From the human T2T-CHM13v2.0 reference genome, Homo sapiens: 64,000 nucleotides of DNA. A program made the translations under genes and the position numbers. The DNA lies in the NCBI RefSeq assembly GCF_009914755.1, contig NC_060925.1; one strand, 5' to 3'. The notes beneath the pieces are model-generated. The model saw only the letters and a list, made by a program, of their open reading frames with translations. It searched no databases and was not told the DNA's origin. This document shows positions 40,070-56,000 of this stretch, one piece after another (position 1 is the first letter of the stretch; the number at the start of each line of letters is the position of its first letter).

Positions 40070-40079
40070 GGGACTTCCC
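40070..40079 (+). promoter_or_regulatory. FCRL3 promoter NF-kappaB site GGGACTTCCC containing the -169 variant position (40070; C allele on the gene strand)
   Basis: Exact match to GGGRNWYYCC; context CGGGAAGTCC[C]TGATC as I recall for rs7528684. Confidence 0.85.
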
Positions 40080-40408
40080 GTAATCTCACCCAGATCTGCA
40101 AATTAGGAGATAAATCAGCAAGCGTACCACCGTTTTTAAAGCCAAAGCCCTTCTCAGAAAGGGCTTTGCAATCAAAGAGGTTCCACCCCATTATTTTGTT
40201 TCAGGTCCTTTGTGTTTTTTTCACAGTGTTTATAACAATTTGCAATTATTTTCTCTATTTCCTTGTTTGCTTTCGTGTCTTCTTTCCCACTAACATTTAA
40301 GGGCCCCTTTTCTTACCCCTTATATCCCCCGCACCTCTAACTGTTCTTTCTTGAAAGCATTCCTTTAGTAAGTATTATTTGAGGGACTATTGAATAAAAA
40401 CTCTGAAC

Positions 40409-40645
40409 CAGTGTTTCTCAACCATTTTTTCGTTATTGCTCCCCTAAGGATCTTTTTTAGACAATTTTGTTTTTAGCCACCCCCTTTTTCCATGAAAATT
40501 TAATACCACAAATATACTATGTATGTGTTTATGTGCTGCATATATAGCTGTGTTTGATACATTAAAAAATTAGTTTTTTTCATCTTCCCAAGAGTCAATT
40601 CTTGCCCCTTTGAAGGTGATATAACTTCTGTTAGGAAGGCGTGTT
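40409..40645. mobile_element. Small hAT-Charlie MER-type element (MER112-like; name uncertain)
   Basis: CAGTGTTTCTCAACC start and CCCC-rich subterminal motifs. Confidence 0.45.
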
Positions 40646-41745
40646 TTAGACTTAGAGGTAAGCCATTCTTGGGAATCTACCTACCAGGATAAAGTTGTCA
40701 TCATTCAGATACCTTTACATTAGAAATGGGAGATGATCTCAGATCAAATGTCCCATCCTCAGGGTGCCCAACCTTGGCAGGTAATGGAAAGAGGGTCCTC
40801 TTTTTTAACAAATATTATTATGTTCTTTCTCCCATGGAAGTCACCAAATTTTATCATTCTCTATATGTTTATGTGATTGTATAATGCCTATTTTTCTCAT
40901 TAGATAGTATTACAAGGTTTGGGAACAAGCCTGGTTTGTTCTTCATTTTGTTTCAATGCCTAACAGAGCACTTGTCACATACCAATTTGTCAATAAGGAC
41001 TTGCCAAATGAACGACCAACAAACAGTAAGGAACAGGATGACAATAGAAGAGGATTGGATGTGTTTCAATGTGTGCTTAGTCATTCCTGGTTAGAGATTT
41101 CTCCAATATTCTGGAGAAGATATATTGGTTATATCAATTTATTTAAATTAAATTAAATTATTTATTTAAACTATACCCAGTTAATCCACACTACAGGGTC
41201 TTTGTAAACTTGTAATTGTAGAGTATGGTGCCACATCTACTGAGAGGTATTCTCTGACCTCCCACATTTGGGCTGGGTGTTCCTCTCATGTGCATCAATA
41301 ACACTTGGATTTCCTTCACTCCAGAACCGATCACAGTGAACTGAAACATCCTGTCCCTTTGATGGTATTCCTCAATGATCTAAGTATCTTTAGGGAAGGG
41401 AGCGGTTAGGGCTTATTTTTTATTTCTCTGAGGACAGCATGCTCATCAACAAAAGGAAGGTTCAGTGGGATATGGATAGCTTCGAGATTCAGTGTGTCAT
41501 TTCAGACTAATTCAAAATATGAATAAACCTCAAATATACTTCATGCTCAAAAGTGACGATGTTGTTGATGACTCTGAAGTATTGTTTCCTGTGGTTGGAA
41601 AGATATGCTCAGAAAAGAGTATTTTGAATTTAATTGCTCATCTGTAGCCAAAAATGTTACATTTTTCTACGTCTCTCTCTGAAGACAGGAACTATGTCAT
41701 ATTCACATTATTCTAGCACCTAGCACAGTGCCTAACACTCAGTAG

Positions 41746-42310
41746 AGGATTGCCAGATAAAATGCAAGGGTCTCATTTAAATTTGTATTTCAAATAAAAA
41801 ACAAATAATTTTTACTATAATTATGTTCCATACAATACTTGGGATATGTATGAGTTCGTTTTCATGCTGCTGATAAAGACGTAACAAGACTGGGCAATTT
41901 ACAAAATAAAGAGGTTTATTGGACTTACAGTTCCACATGGCTGGGGAGGCCTCACAATCATGGCAGAAGGCAAGGAGGAGCAAGTCACATCTTACATGAA
42001 TGGCAGCAGGCAAAGAGAGAATGAGAGCCAAGCGAAATGGGTTTCCCCTTATCAAACCATCAGATCTCGTGAGATTTACTCACTACCAGAAGAACAGTAT
42101 GGAGAAAACTGTCCCCAGGATTCAATTATTTCTCACTGGGTCCCTCCCACAACACATGGGAGTTATGGGAGTACAGTTCAAGATGAGATTTGGGTGGAGA
42201 CATGGAGCCATATCAGGATATAATTGCATTTAAAAAGTAGTCACTGTTTATCTGAAATACAAATGTAACTAGGAGTCCCATATTTTTATTTGCTAAATAC
42301 GCCAAATCTA
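41746..42310. mobile_element. MER53-like palindromic hAT element split at its centre by a THE1B LTR
   Basis: Left arm GGATTGCCAGATAAAATGC...TTTCAAATAAA; right arm TGTTTATCTGAAAT...TTTTTATTTGCTAAAT. Confidence 0.7.
41847..42215 (-). mobile_element. THE1B-like solo LTR with 5-bp TSD GGATA
   Basis: TG...CA ends; GGATA at 41842-41846 and 42216-42220; THE1B-like body. Confidence 0.92.
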
Positions 42311-42503
42311 ATTGAACAGAATAACTTTTCATTTGCCTGAATATATTAATGAATGGTTGTGTTGGGGGGACATCTATTTTCTTCCATGTGCATGCAACTC
42401 CTACTCCTGTTCCTCCTTCTGCTCCTTAACTCACTCCATCCTGGAAGAAGTGACGTGCCTTATGTGATCAGTAAATTTGGGAAGAATAATTGAGTCATGA
42501 TAA

Positions 42504-42817
<314 letters not shown>

Positions 42818-43827
42818 TAAACTTAACTCCATGCTCTTCCCCCTGGATGCAACTCTACTGGCAGAAGGGTTTATGAACAAGCATACGCCTTCCCCTGTGT
42901 GGAGATTTAAGTGGGGAGGGAGTGAGGGAGTCTAAAGTTCCAGAGCAAATTTTCAGAGACACAAACAATTGGGGCATGGGTTTAGATGTAAAAGAACTAA
43001 AAACAAAAGAACAAATGTATGAGAGCTATATATTTACAAGGAGAGGCTTTTGGTGGGAAGAGATCCTGTCATTCTCAGCCTTGGGATTTGTTTAGTAAGA
43101 GAGACGGGCATTTTCCAGATTGTAGAGGCCTATTCTGAGCCACCTTTTATACTTAACTACTGAGCCTGGGCAAGATGCTTGCAGTCTTAGGGCATATGGT
43201 TTTGTGACACGACTTGTGGTGGCTTTGTTCATAGGTCAGTGGTTGTTTCTATAGAGGCAGGACTGTACCCATGAATGTCAATAAGCAAAAGGCACAAGAA
43301 ACTTGTGAGGGCCTTCAAGATTGCTGCGAAGCCCTTGTAAGCAGGGACAGACAAGGCAAGGGCTTACGTATGGGCAGTAAGTGCTTGGAAGGACACAAGT
43401 GCTGCCTGGCAACAGAACTTTGGGGGCTGCAAGATGGTTCAACAGAGGCCCACAGTAGGCACAGTCACATTTTCTAGGTAGTCATAGCTGAAGCAGATAG
43501 TCTTTTGTTTTGTTTTTTTTGGGGGGAGGGAGGGGCAAAAATAGAAATCTCTAAAGCATTTTTAGGCACTGGTGACTGGAATAATATTTTTGGCTCCAAG
43601 ATTCCTTGTATGCTACAAAACACCAATGAGAATCTAGTTTTAAATTGCTAGAATGAAGCCTAGAAAAGCTTCCCATGTCTCAGTCACCCCAAATCTCACC
43701 CTGCTTTCAGGTCCAAGCAGCAAACTGGATGGATTACTCTTGAATTCATGTGGCATTCTCTTGGCTCAAGGGTGGAAAACATTTAAACAATTACTGACAT
43801 GATTACATAGTTATTGTAGGTGGCTTA

Positions 43828-43960
43828 ATTTTTTAATTCTTTCATATACAGATGGGGCTGTGCTCCCCAGACTGGTCCTGAACTCCTAGACTCAAACAAT
43901 CCACCCACCTCTGCCTCCCAAAGTGCTGGGGCTCCAGGTGTGAGGAAACACACCTGGTCA
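43828..43960 (-). mobile_element. Alu monomer (FLAM-like)
   Basis: Left-arm Alu sequence only. Confidence 0.65.
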
Positions 43961-44207
43961 GTTATATTTTCTAACTGAACTAAATGTAAGTACAAGGTGA
44001 AAATATTCCCTAGGAGACAGTCTTCTTAGGCCAGTACAATTCCATATCAAGCAGAGGTTGGTCTGCTCACTTGAGAGAGTAGATGCTGTGTCACATAAGA
44101 GGTCCCTCACTGAATTCAGAGCTGAGGTGTCAGGAGCACTTCACTCAAAGAGGAAGTGAAAATCAAGATGCTTTGAATAGATTCAATGGAAAAGAAAGAC
44201 ACAAAAT

Positions 44208-46544
<2,337 letters not shown>

Positions 46545-48039
46545 CCACTCAATTACAAAGTAGGGCATCCTCAGAAAGCAGGAGAAGGAATGCTGCTACC
46601 TCATGTGCGATGCTTGCTTATACAGGACATTAAAGCTAAGAATAGTGTACTTTATTATAAAGGCTTGTGATCAGCCTGTGACAGGCTATAAGTATTTTTT
46701 TGTTGCTATGTAATTTTTGATTTCAGTAAGAATTTACAGGTGTACTACTATCTTTGAAGTGAAACTTATTCTTAAACTAAAAATGCTTTCTGTTCTTAAA
46801 AAAAAGGCACAAAATTAATGGTTCCCACCCATCCTTAAAATAGTAAATGCTTTTAGTGTCAACGTTAACCTTGTGAGTGCTGTGAGTTTCCTCACAACTA
46901 AGTTTAAGTTTAAAGGCTCTGAGTCCACTGGCATCAACTGGCACCAACTGACTGGCATTCTGCGAAGCTAAACAATGAATTTCTTTATCTACTTTTCTTT
47001 CTTCATATGTGAATGAATCTCCATCAGGGTCTGTAGAGACATTAAATAAGGGTTCTAAGAGTGTAAGCCTGCTTAGTATTATTGCTCTAGAATTGGGGGT
47101 TGGCTTTCTAGAATTCAGTGGCTACGGGGCCTGTGCTGTGATAATCTTTTATCCCCTATTAATCCTTTGAACTTGTTAAAACTGTGGCTCATGAGAGTCT
47201 TGGCACTGAACCAACACAATCTCCAAGGTTCTGAAAGAAATGATTCCATTCAGCTGTGAGACAGTACAGACAGCAATTGCTTAAACAAACTTAGCTTCAT
47301 CCAGACATTGAGAACTTACACTTAGTTGAGATTAAGCAGAATATAATAAATTGGGGGTCAGAGGTTACTTTAAGTTCTTAAAGACAATTTGATTTAAGGC
47401 TTTAGTTTATTTGGATTTTACTGTGTCTGGAATTTTTCCTACAAAACGATTTAATCTTTGAACTTCAATTTCTTCCTAGGGATATTAACAAGGGGAAAAA
47501 AAGGCTTGTAGTAAAAATTTGTGGCATCTCGACATTGTTATAATTTTGCTATTGGAGGATCTCATTGTTTAATCTTATTGCAGAACCTCTGAACTGCTTA
47601 TCAGACTTAATTTGGCATGAAAAATATAGAGCAAAATTTTAGCCTTGGATTCCAATAGATATTTGTGTTATATAGCTAACATATTTTTCTGAATTTTCTT
47701 GAAAAATTCTACACCACTGCCCACCAGTGGTCCCATGAGGATACCCACAAGGGCAGGGTTTGTCCTGGGGAGAAGCTTTGTGAACATGGGTGACAACTTT
47801 CGGAAATTCTGATAGCTACTGTTGGCAATATAAAGAGAAATGAGATAGGATCCCTAAAAAAAGAAAGTATACAAGATTTTATGAAGAGTGATAGATATGA
47901 TAAAGTTGTATACACAAATTTCCATGTGAAAACCAAATATGAAATAAGTACCTTATTAAACAAGGTAGTAACATGATATAAATGTCAAAGAAAAGGTTCC
48001 ACATGAGTGGAGAGACGAAAGAAAGTCATAGACATTGCA

Positions 48040-50529
48040 CGAAACCCAAGTCGTCAGAGTCGGAGTCATACTCCAAGTCGTCGACGAAGGTCTAGTTCTG
48101 TGGGTAGAAGAAGGAGCTTTAGCCTTTCCCCAAGCCGCCGGAGCCACACCCCCAGCCGCCAGAGAAGATCAAAGTCTGTGGTAAGAAGACGAAGCTTCAG
48201 TATCTCACCAATCAGATTAAGGCGATCAAGAACACCCTTGAGAAGAAGGTTTAGCAGATCTCCCATCCGTCGTAAAAGATCCAAGTCTTCTGAACAAGGC
48301 AGACCATCCAAACGTCTAACAGATTTGGATAAGGCTCAATTACTTGAAATAGCTAAAGCTAATGCAGCTGCCATGTGTGCTAAGGCTGGTGTCCCTTTCC
48401 CGCCAAACCTAAAGCCTGCACCTCCACCTACTATAGAAGAGAAAGTTGCTAAAAAGTCAAGAGGACCTACTATAGAAGAACTAACTGAGAAATGTAAACA
48501 GATCACACAGAGTAAAGAAGATGATGATGTAGTAGTGAATAAACCTCATGTTTTGGATGAAGAGGAAGAAGAACCTCCTTTTTATCGTCATCTCTTTAAA
48601 CTCAGTGAACCCAAACCCATTTTTTTCAATCTGAATATTGCTGCAGCAAAACCAGCTTCACCAAAAAGCCAGGTAACCTTAACAAAAGAATTCCCTGTAT
48701 CATCTGGATCTCAACATTGGAAAAAAGAAGCAGATAGTGTTTATGGAGAATGAGTTCCTGTAGAGAAAAATGGTGAAGAAAACAAAGATGATGATAATGT
48801 TTTCAGCAGCGATTTGCCCTCAGAGCCTGTGGACATCTCTACAGCAATGAGTGAACGGGCACTCGCTCAGAAAAGACTCAGTGAGAATGCATTTGACCTT
48901 GAAGACATGAGCATGTTAAATAGAGCTCAGGAAAGGATTGATGCCTGGGCTCAGCTGAACTCTATTCCTGGCCAGTTCACAGGAAGTACAGGAGTACAGG
49001 TTTTGACACAAGAACAGTTGGCCAATACTGGTGCCCAACCTGGATTAAAAAGGATCAGTTCTTAAGAGCAGCCCCGGTAACTGGAGAAACGGGAGCCGTT
49101 TTGATGAGGAAAATGGGCTGGAGAGAAGGAGAAGGATTAGGAAAAAACAAAGAAGGCAATAAGGAACCCATCCTAGTTGATTTTAAGACAGACCGAAAAG
49201 GTCTTGTTGCAGTAGGAGAAAGAGCAAAAAAGAGGTCTGGGAACTTCTCTGCTGCAATGAAAGATCTGCCAGGCAAACATCCTGTGTCTGCTTTGATGGA
49301 AATCTGAAATAAGAGAAGGTGGCAACCACCTGAATTTCTATTGGTCCATGATAGTGGCCCTGATCATTGCAAACGTTTTCTCTTTAGGGTATTGAGAAAT
49401 GGAAGCCCTTACCAGCCCAGTTGTATGTTTTTCTTGAATAGGGATTGATAAATGGAAGTGCTTACCAGCCCAACTTTGCCAGCCTTAATAAGAAGCATGC
49501 TAAAGACACAGCAGCTACTGTGGTTCTTCAAGCAATGGGCCTTGTACCAAAGGACCTCATGGCTAATGCCACCTGCTTCAGGAGTGCCTCACATAGATAG
49601 ATTGAGGTTTTATAATAATCATTTCAGATAATTTTACTCTGCCTCACAATGTGTTTCCTCTTTAATGTTGTAAATATTTGGCAATTTAAGACATTGTGTA
49701 AAAAGCAATCTGTAGAAACATCTCCAGGCTTTGATTTTTGTACCATGGAAATTGTATTTAACCATACAGGGTTTTGGTATGTTTATATTGTTTATCTTAG
49801 TGATGTATTTGTTTAAGTGGCTAACATCCAAACGATTGTTTGAAGGCATTAGAGTAATCTTCAGTGTGGAATGTTAAATAACGCTTTTATACTGTATTTT
49901 GTACTATGATGTAACTCCCCTTCCTTATGGCTAGCCTACTGTAACACTTGCCTGTAATCAGTGAAGGGCTGTGCACCTTGTACTATTTCACAGTGGGTTC
50001 TGCTGGACAGATACTGGCCCAGTGTTATTGAGGTGATCAAGCAAGAGCTGTTCCACAGGGCTAAAGCAACCATCTCCCCTCAAAATTTTGTAGAGGTTCT
50101 AAAAAGAAAGGGTATGAGGTGTGATGATCAGCACTAAGTCCTGCATTCCTGTTAAAGCCACTTGGGTCATAAGAAGGGAGTAAAAAATGAAGTCTGAGTA
50201 GAATTCTACTATTGCTGAGGCCAAGTACATTTAGTATGGCATCGAGTTGTGATATAGTTTTACTTTGATGTGCATTTTGAATTTCAGCTACACCTAGATA
50301 GACATAAAATGATAATTAAAATGCTGTAACCAACTTATCTAATAAAATTGGCAACCAGCCACTATTCTGTTGACTATGAGAAAGTTAAAGTTTATGTTAA
50401 TTTTTAGGGTCTGATAGGATATTTCATGTGTATTACAGTGGTATTCATATGCTATGTTTCTAAACTTTATTTTCAAAAGCTTAAGGCCCAAATACTAACT
50501 TCTCTGGAATAATAAAATAAAAAAAAAAA
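48040..50529 (+). pseudogene. SONP1: SON processed pseudogene (5'-truncated: RS domain, G-patch, dsRBM, full 3'UTR, poly(A))
   Basis: Intronless SON C-terminal homology (LTDLDKAQLLEIAKANAAAMC; MRKMGWREGEGLGK G-patch); stops at 48751 and 49305, frameshift ~49037; poly(A); TSD (AAA)GAAAGTCATAGACATTGCA at 48018-48039 and 50530-50551. Confidence 0.95.
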
Positions 50530-51163
50530 AAAGAAAGTCATAGACATTGCATGGCCAGATAGGGTAGAGATCTAACCTCACTTGTACTTCATTTTAGAAT
50601 GAGACATCCCGGCTTTATGATCCTAACAACATTTGAAAGCTTAACACTCAATAGAATAAAATGCAAATAGAATAAAATTCTCTCTCCCCTACTTCACCTC
50701 CCTCTTATTTTCCTCTCCCTTTATATTGCCCTTTTTGATTCAGACAGCTGGCCATAATGTTCTATTAATGAGCTAAAATACAGTATGAAGGACACACACA
50801 GATGGGACAAAAAAGCAGGATGTACATGTAGAGCCCAAGTGCAAAGGCACTGCAGCTTTGTGTTTTACTCACTGCAAAGCTCTGGAAAAGACTTGAAAGT
50901 AGCTAAGTTCTGCCTTAGGGTCAAATGTCCCTTGGGAGTCCAAATGGTAGAGAAAATACATCTGACTTCAAGCCCACATAAAGTGGGCACAGAATGGTTA
51001 AAAAGCAAAACCTTGAACATCTACATAAGTGAAATTAGATTTAGTTTTATTACACACAATGTGGAGGCACTTGACACCTCTGTGCAGTGGTAGGATTATT
51101 TTGAGATCAGATGTTTTTCAGAGCATTTGATTTTCCCTTCATTAAATAGATTTCTTTCTTTAG

Positions 51164-51559
<396 letters not shown>

Positions 51560-51789
51560 TCTTTTTTTTTTTTTTTAACTACATGTACTCCCTCAGGTGT
51601 CACCATCACCATTCACTCAGATGCTTAAGTCAGAAACCTGAAAATCATGTTTGATTCTTTTCTATTATCATTCCCAGCTGTACCATTGCTGTTTGCTAAA
51701 ATTACTCTTGACTCCTTTAGTTTCTCTTTTTATTGTCATGGCCCTATTCCAATCTCTCACTACCAGTCTATTCTTTTTTAAGTCTTTTT

Positions 51790-52975
51790 TCCATATGTAA
51801 TATATATGTACAGCATAGTATATATAACAAAAGCGTTTAGCTTAATAAATTATTGTAAAGCAATCACCCATATAATCACCACCAGATCATAAAATAGGAT
51901 ATTACAAAGATTCCAGAAGTCCTTGCCTGCCTCTTCCTCATCACAACTCCCTGCTTCCTGGGTGTTAGCTTTTATGGTAATCACTTCACTTTGCTCTACC
52001 CATTCCTAATCAATATTGATTAGTTTTTCCTGTTTCTGAGCTATATATTCATTTAATCAAATTATTTATATTCTTTTGTATCTTGCTTGTTTCATTCAAC
52101 ATGATGTTTGTGAGATTTATTCATGCATTTATTCTAGTTTATTTTTATTGCTGTGTTCTAACTTTTTATTAAATTCATTCTATTGTATGAATGCATCACT
52201 TTTATTTGTCCATTGTACTGTTTATGGCCATTTGAGTAGTATCAAGTTTTTGCATTATTACAATGATATTATGGATATTGTGAACATTTTGGTATATATA
52301 AGCACACACTTATACAGAAATTGAATGTTGGGTCACAGGGTAGTATATATGCATGTCAGCTTTAGTAGATGATGCCAAAAAGTTTTCCAAAGTGGTTGAA
52401 CCAATTTACATTCAGCCTAGTTCTCATTGCTCCACTTAAATTTAGCCATTGCTATCGGTGTGTAGTAGTAGCTCATGATTTTATTTTGTATTTCTCTTAT
52501 TATTAATGAGGTTGACCATATTTTTACAGATTTTTTGTCTTTGGATTTTCTTTTATTGTAAAGTGCTCAAGTCTTGTGGTGATTTTTCTGTTATTTGTCT
52601 TTTCTTTATAAATCTGTAGTTCTTTATGACTTGTAGTTTTGGATTATGTAATGTAAATATTTTCTCTCACCCTGAGGCCCTGCTTTGCACTTTCTTCCTT
52701 GTGTCTTTGGATAAACAGAAGTTCTTAATTTCAATGTAGTCAAACTTACCAATCTTTTCATTTATCTTTGCTGTTTTGTTTAAGAAATTTTCTCTACTCT
52801 AACTTATAAAGATACAGTACTAAGTTGTGTTTTAAAAACCTTTTCTCTTTTCTCATTTAGTTTTATAGTTCACTAGAAATTATTTTGTGTTGCTTGCATA
52901 TGTAATAATGAAGAGATTAAAATTTATTTTACTCTATCTTGATATCTAATTATCCTAGGATCAATCATAGAAAGT
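51790..52975 (-). mobile_element. Ancient L1ME-like 3' region; continues ~56440-58550
   Basis: Degenerate antisense L1 motifs (TTTTCCAAAGTGGTTG-ACCAATTTACATTC). Confidence 0.6.
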
Positions 52976-53000
52976 TCTTCTCTTCTCTGTACTACATTTA

Positions 53001-56000
53001 TTTTTTTAATTTTTAATTTTTATTTGTTGTGGGTATATAGTAAGTGTATATTTTTATGAGATACCTGAGATACTTTGATATAGACATGCAATGTGTAATA
53101 ACCACATCATGGTAAATAGGGTATCCATCACTTTGAGCATTTATCCTTTCTGTTACAAACAACCCAATAATACTATTTTAGTTATTTAAAAATATACATT
53201 TAAATTATTTTTGACTATAGTCACCTTGTTGTGCTATCAAATACTAGGACTTATTTATTCTTCTGTTTTTTTGTACCCATTAACCATCCCTAGTTCCCCC
53301 TCATACCTCTACTATCCTTCCCAGCCTCTGCTAACCATCTTTCTACTCTATCTTCATGAGTTCAATTGTTTTGATTTTTAGCTTCCACAAATAAGTGAAA
53401 ATATGTGTTTGTCTTTCTGTGCCTGGCTTATTTCACTTAACATAATGATTTCCAGTTCCATCCATGTTGTTGCAAATGACAGGATCTCATTCACTTTTAT
53501 GGCTGAATACTACTCCATTACGTATGGGTATCACATTTTCTTCATCCATTCCTCTGTGATGAACACTTAGGTTGCTTTCAGATCTTGGCTATTGTAGACA
53601 GTGCTGCAACAGACATAGGAATGTAGATAGCTCTTTAATAAACTGATTTCCTTTTAGGGGTGGTATATACCCGGCAGTGGGATTGCTGGATCATATGGTA
53701 GCTCTATGTTTAGTTTTCTGATGAACCTCCAAACTGTTCTCCATAGTGCTTGTACTAATCTACGTTCTACCAACAGTGTGTGAGGGTTCCCTTTTCTCCA
53801 CATCTTCACTAGCATTTGTTATTGCCTGTCTGTTGGACATAAGCTATTTTAACTGGGGTGAGATGATAACTCATTGTAGTTTTGATTTGTGTGTCTCTGA
53901 TGATCATATGCCTGTTTGCCATTTGTATGTCTTCTTTTGAGAAATATCTGTTCAGATCTCTTGCCTATTTTTGATTAGATTATTAGATTATTTTCTACAG
54001 AGCTGTCTGATCTTATATATTCTGGTTGTTAATACCTTGTCAGAATGGGAGTTTGCAAATATTTTCTCCCATTCCGTGGGTAGTCTCTTCACTTTGTGAA
54101 TTATTTCCTTTCCTGTGCTGAAGCTTTTTAATTTGATGTGATCCAATTTGTCCATTTTGGCATTAGTTGCCTATAAAGCTCACTCATTCTTTCCTCTGTT
54201 TGATCTATTCTGTTATTAAAAGATGCTGATGCATTCTTCCATATGTTGATTGCATTTTTCAACACCAGAATTTCTGCTTGATTTTCTTTTATTATTTCAA
54301 TCCCTAGGTTAACTGTACCTGATAGAATTCTGAATTCTTCCTCTTTGTTATCTTGAATTTCTTTGCGTTTTTTCAAAATTGCTATTTTGCATTATCTGTC
54401 TGAAAGGTAACATATCTCTGCTTCTCCAGTATTGGTCCCAGGTGCCTTATTCAGTTCATTTGGTGAAATCATGTTTTGAGAGATGGTCTTGATATTCATA
54501 GATGTTCCTTAGTGTCTAGGCATTGAAGAGTTAAGTATTTACTATGGTTCTTTGCAGTCTGGCCTTGTTTGTGCCTGTCCTTCTTGGGAAGGTTTTCCAG
54601 GTATTCAAAGGAACTTGAGACCCAACCCCAGTAGTGCTGTGGTTCCTGCAGACTCATAGACGTACTGACTTAGTGGTCTTGGATAAGTTCCGGAAGACTT
54701 CCCTGGATTACCAGGCAGAGACTCTTGTTCTCGTCCCTTATGTTCTCCTAAATAAACGGAGTCTCTCTTTGTGCTGTGCCGCCTGGATCTGGGGGTGTCG
54801 TGATGCAAGCACCCCTGGGGCCACCACCACTGACTGTGCTGGGTCAGATCTGAAGCCAGCCCAGCATTGGGCCTCACTCAGGGCCCACTGTAACCACTAC
54901 CTGGCTACTGCTAATGTTCGCTTAAGGCCCTAGGGCTCTACGGTTAGCAAGTTGGGAAGCCAGCCAGGTTTGTGCCTTTCTTGCCCCGGTCATGCCCACA
55001 GATGCTGTCTGAGAGCCAGGGACTGGAGTCAAAAATCTTAGAAATGTACCTGGTATTTTATTCTGTTGAAGCTAAGCTGTTCCTTGGTCCACAAGACAAA
55101 GTCCTTTCCGCTCTTCCCTGCCCTTTCCATAGGCAGAGGATCCTTTCTCAGTGGCCACCACCACCACTGGCCCATGGGTAATTCTGTCAGTCCACTGCCA
55201 ATATTCACTTAAGGCCCCAGGGATCTTCACTTAGCCAGGCCTGGGTGGTGAAAGCTGCCAGGCCTGGGACTCACCCTTCATGGCAGTGGGCTTCTCTCTG
55301 GCCCAGGGCAGGTTCAGAAATGCTGTTTAAGAGCCCAGGCCTGGACTTAGGGTCCCCAGGAGCCCACTTGGTGATCTACCCAACTGTGGCCGAGCTGGTA
55401 CCTAGGGTACAAGACAAAGTCCCCTTTACTTTTCTCTTTGCTTTTCTCAAGCAGAAGGAGTCTTTCACCATGGCCTCCACAACTGGGAGTGTACTGGGTC
55501 TCACTTGAAGCCAGGATGTCTCAGAGTCTCACCAAAAGCCCAGTACTACCTGGGTATTGCTGCTGGTTATTGAGGGCCCAACGGCTCTTTATTCAGCAGG
55601 TGATGAATCTTGCCTGGACTGGGTCCTTCTCTTCAAGGCAGCAGATTCCCTTCTGGGCCATGATGTGTCTAGAAATGTCATCTGAGACCTAGGTCTTGGA
55701 ATGGGGGACTTACAACTCTGCCCAATGCCCTACCCTACTGTGGCTGAGCTGCAAGACAAAGTCCTCTTTACTCTTCGCTATCCTCTCAAGCAGAAGAAAG
55801 GAGTCAATTTCTTTGCTACAAGCAGCTCTGCCTGGGGTTTTGAAAGGGGTGGCACAAGCACTCCCTTAGCCCACTGGGCTGGTGTCTCTCTGGGTCACAT
55901 GCTACCCTAGTTCACTGGCTCTAAACCCAGCCCAGCACTAGGACTTGCCTAGGAATTGCAGTCCTTGTGTCCTAGACTGCGTTTCAGGCTTATCTAGAAC

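Noticed and set aside
48007-48753. 248-aa RS-rich ORF as a functional SR-like gene
   Set aside because: Starts at GTG in flanking DNA, crosses the TSD and ends at a premature stop; part of the SON retrocopy.
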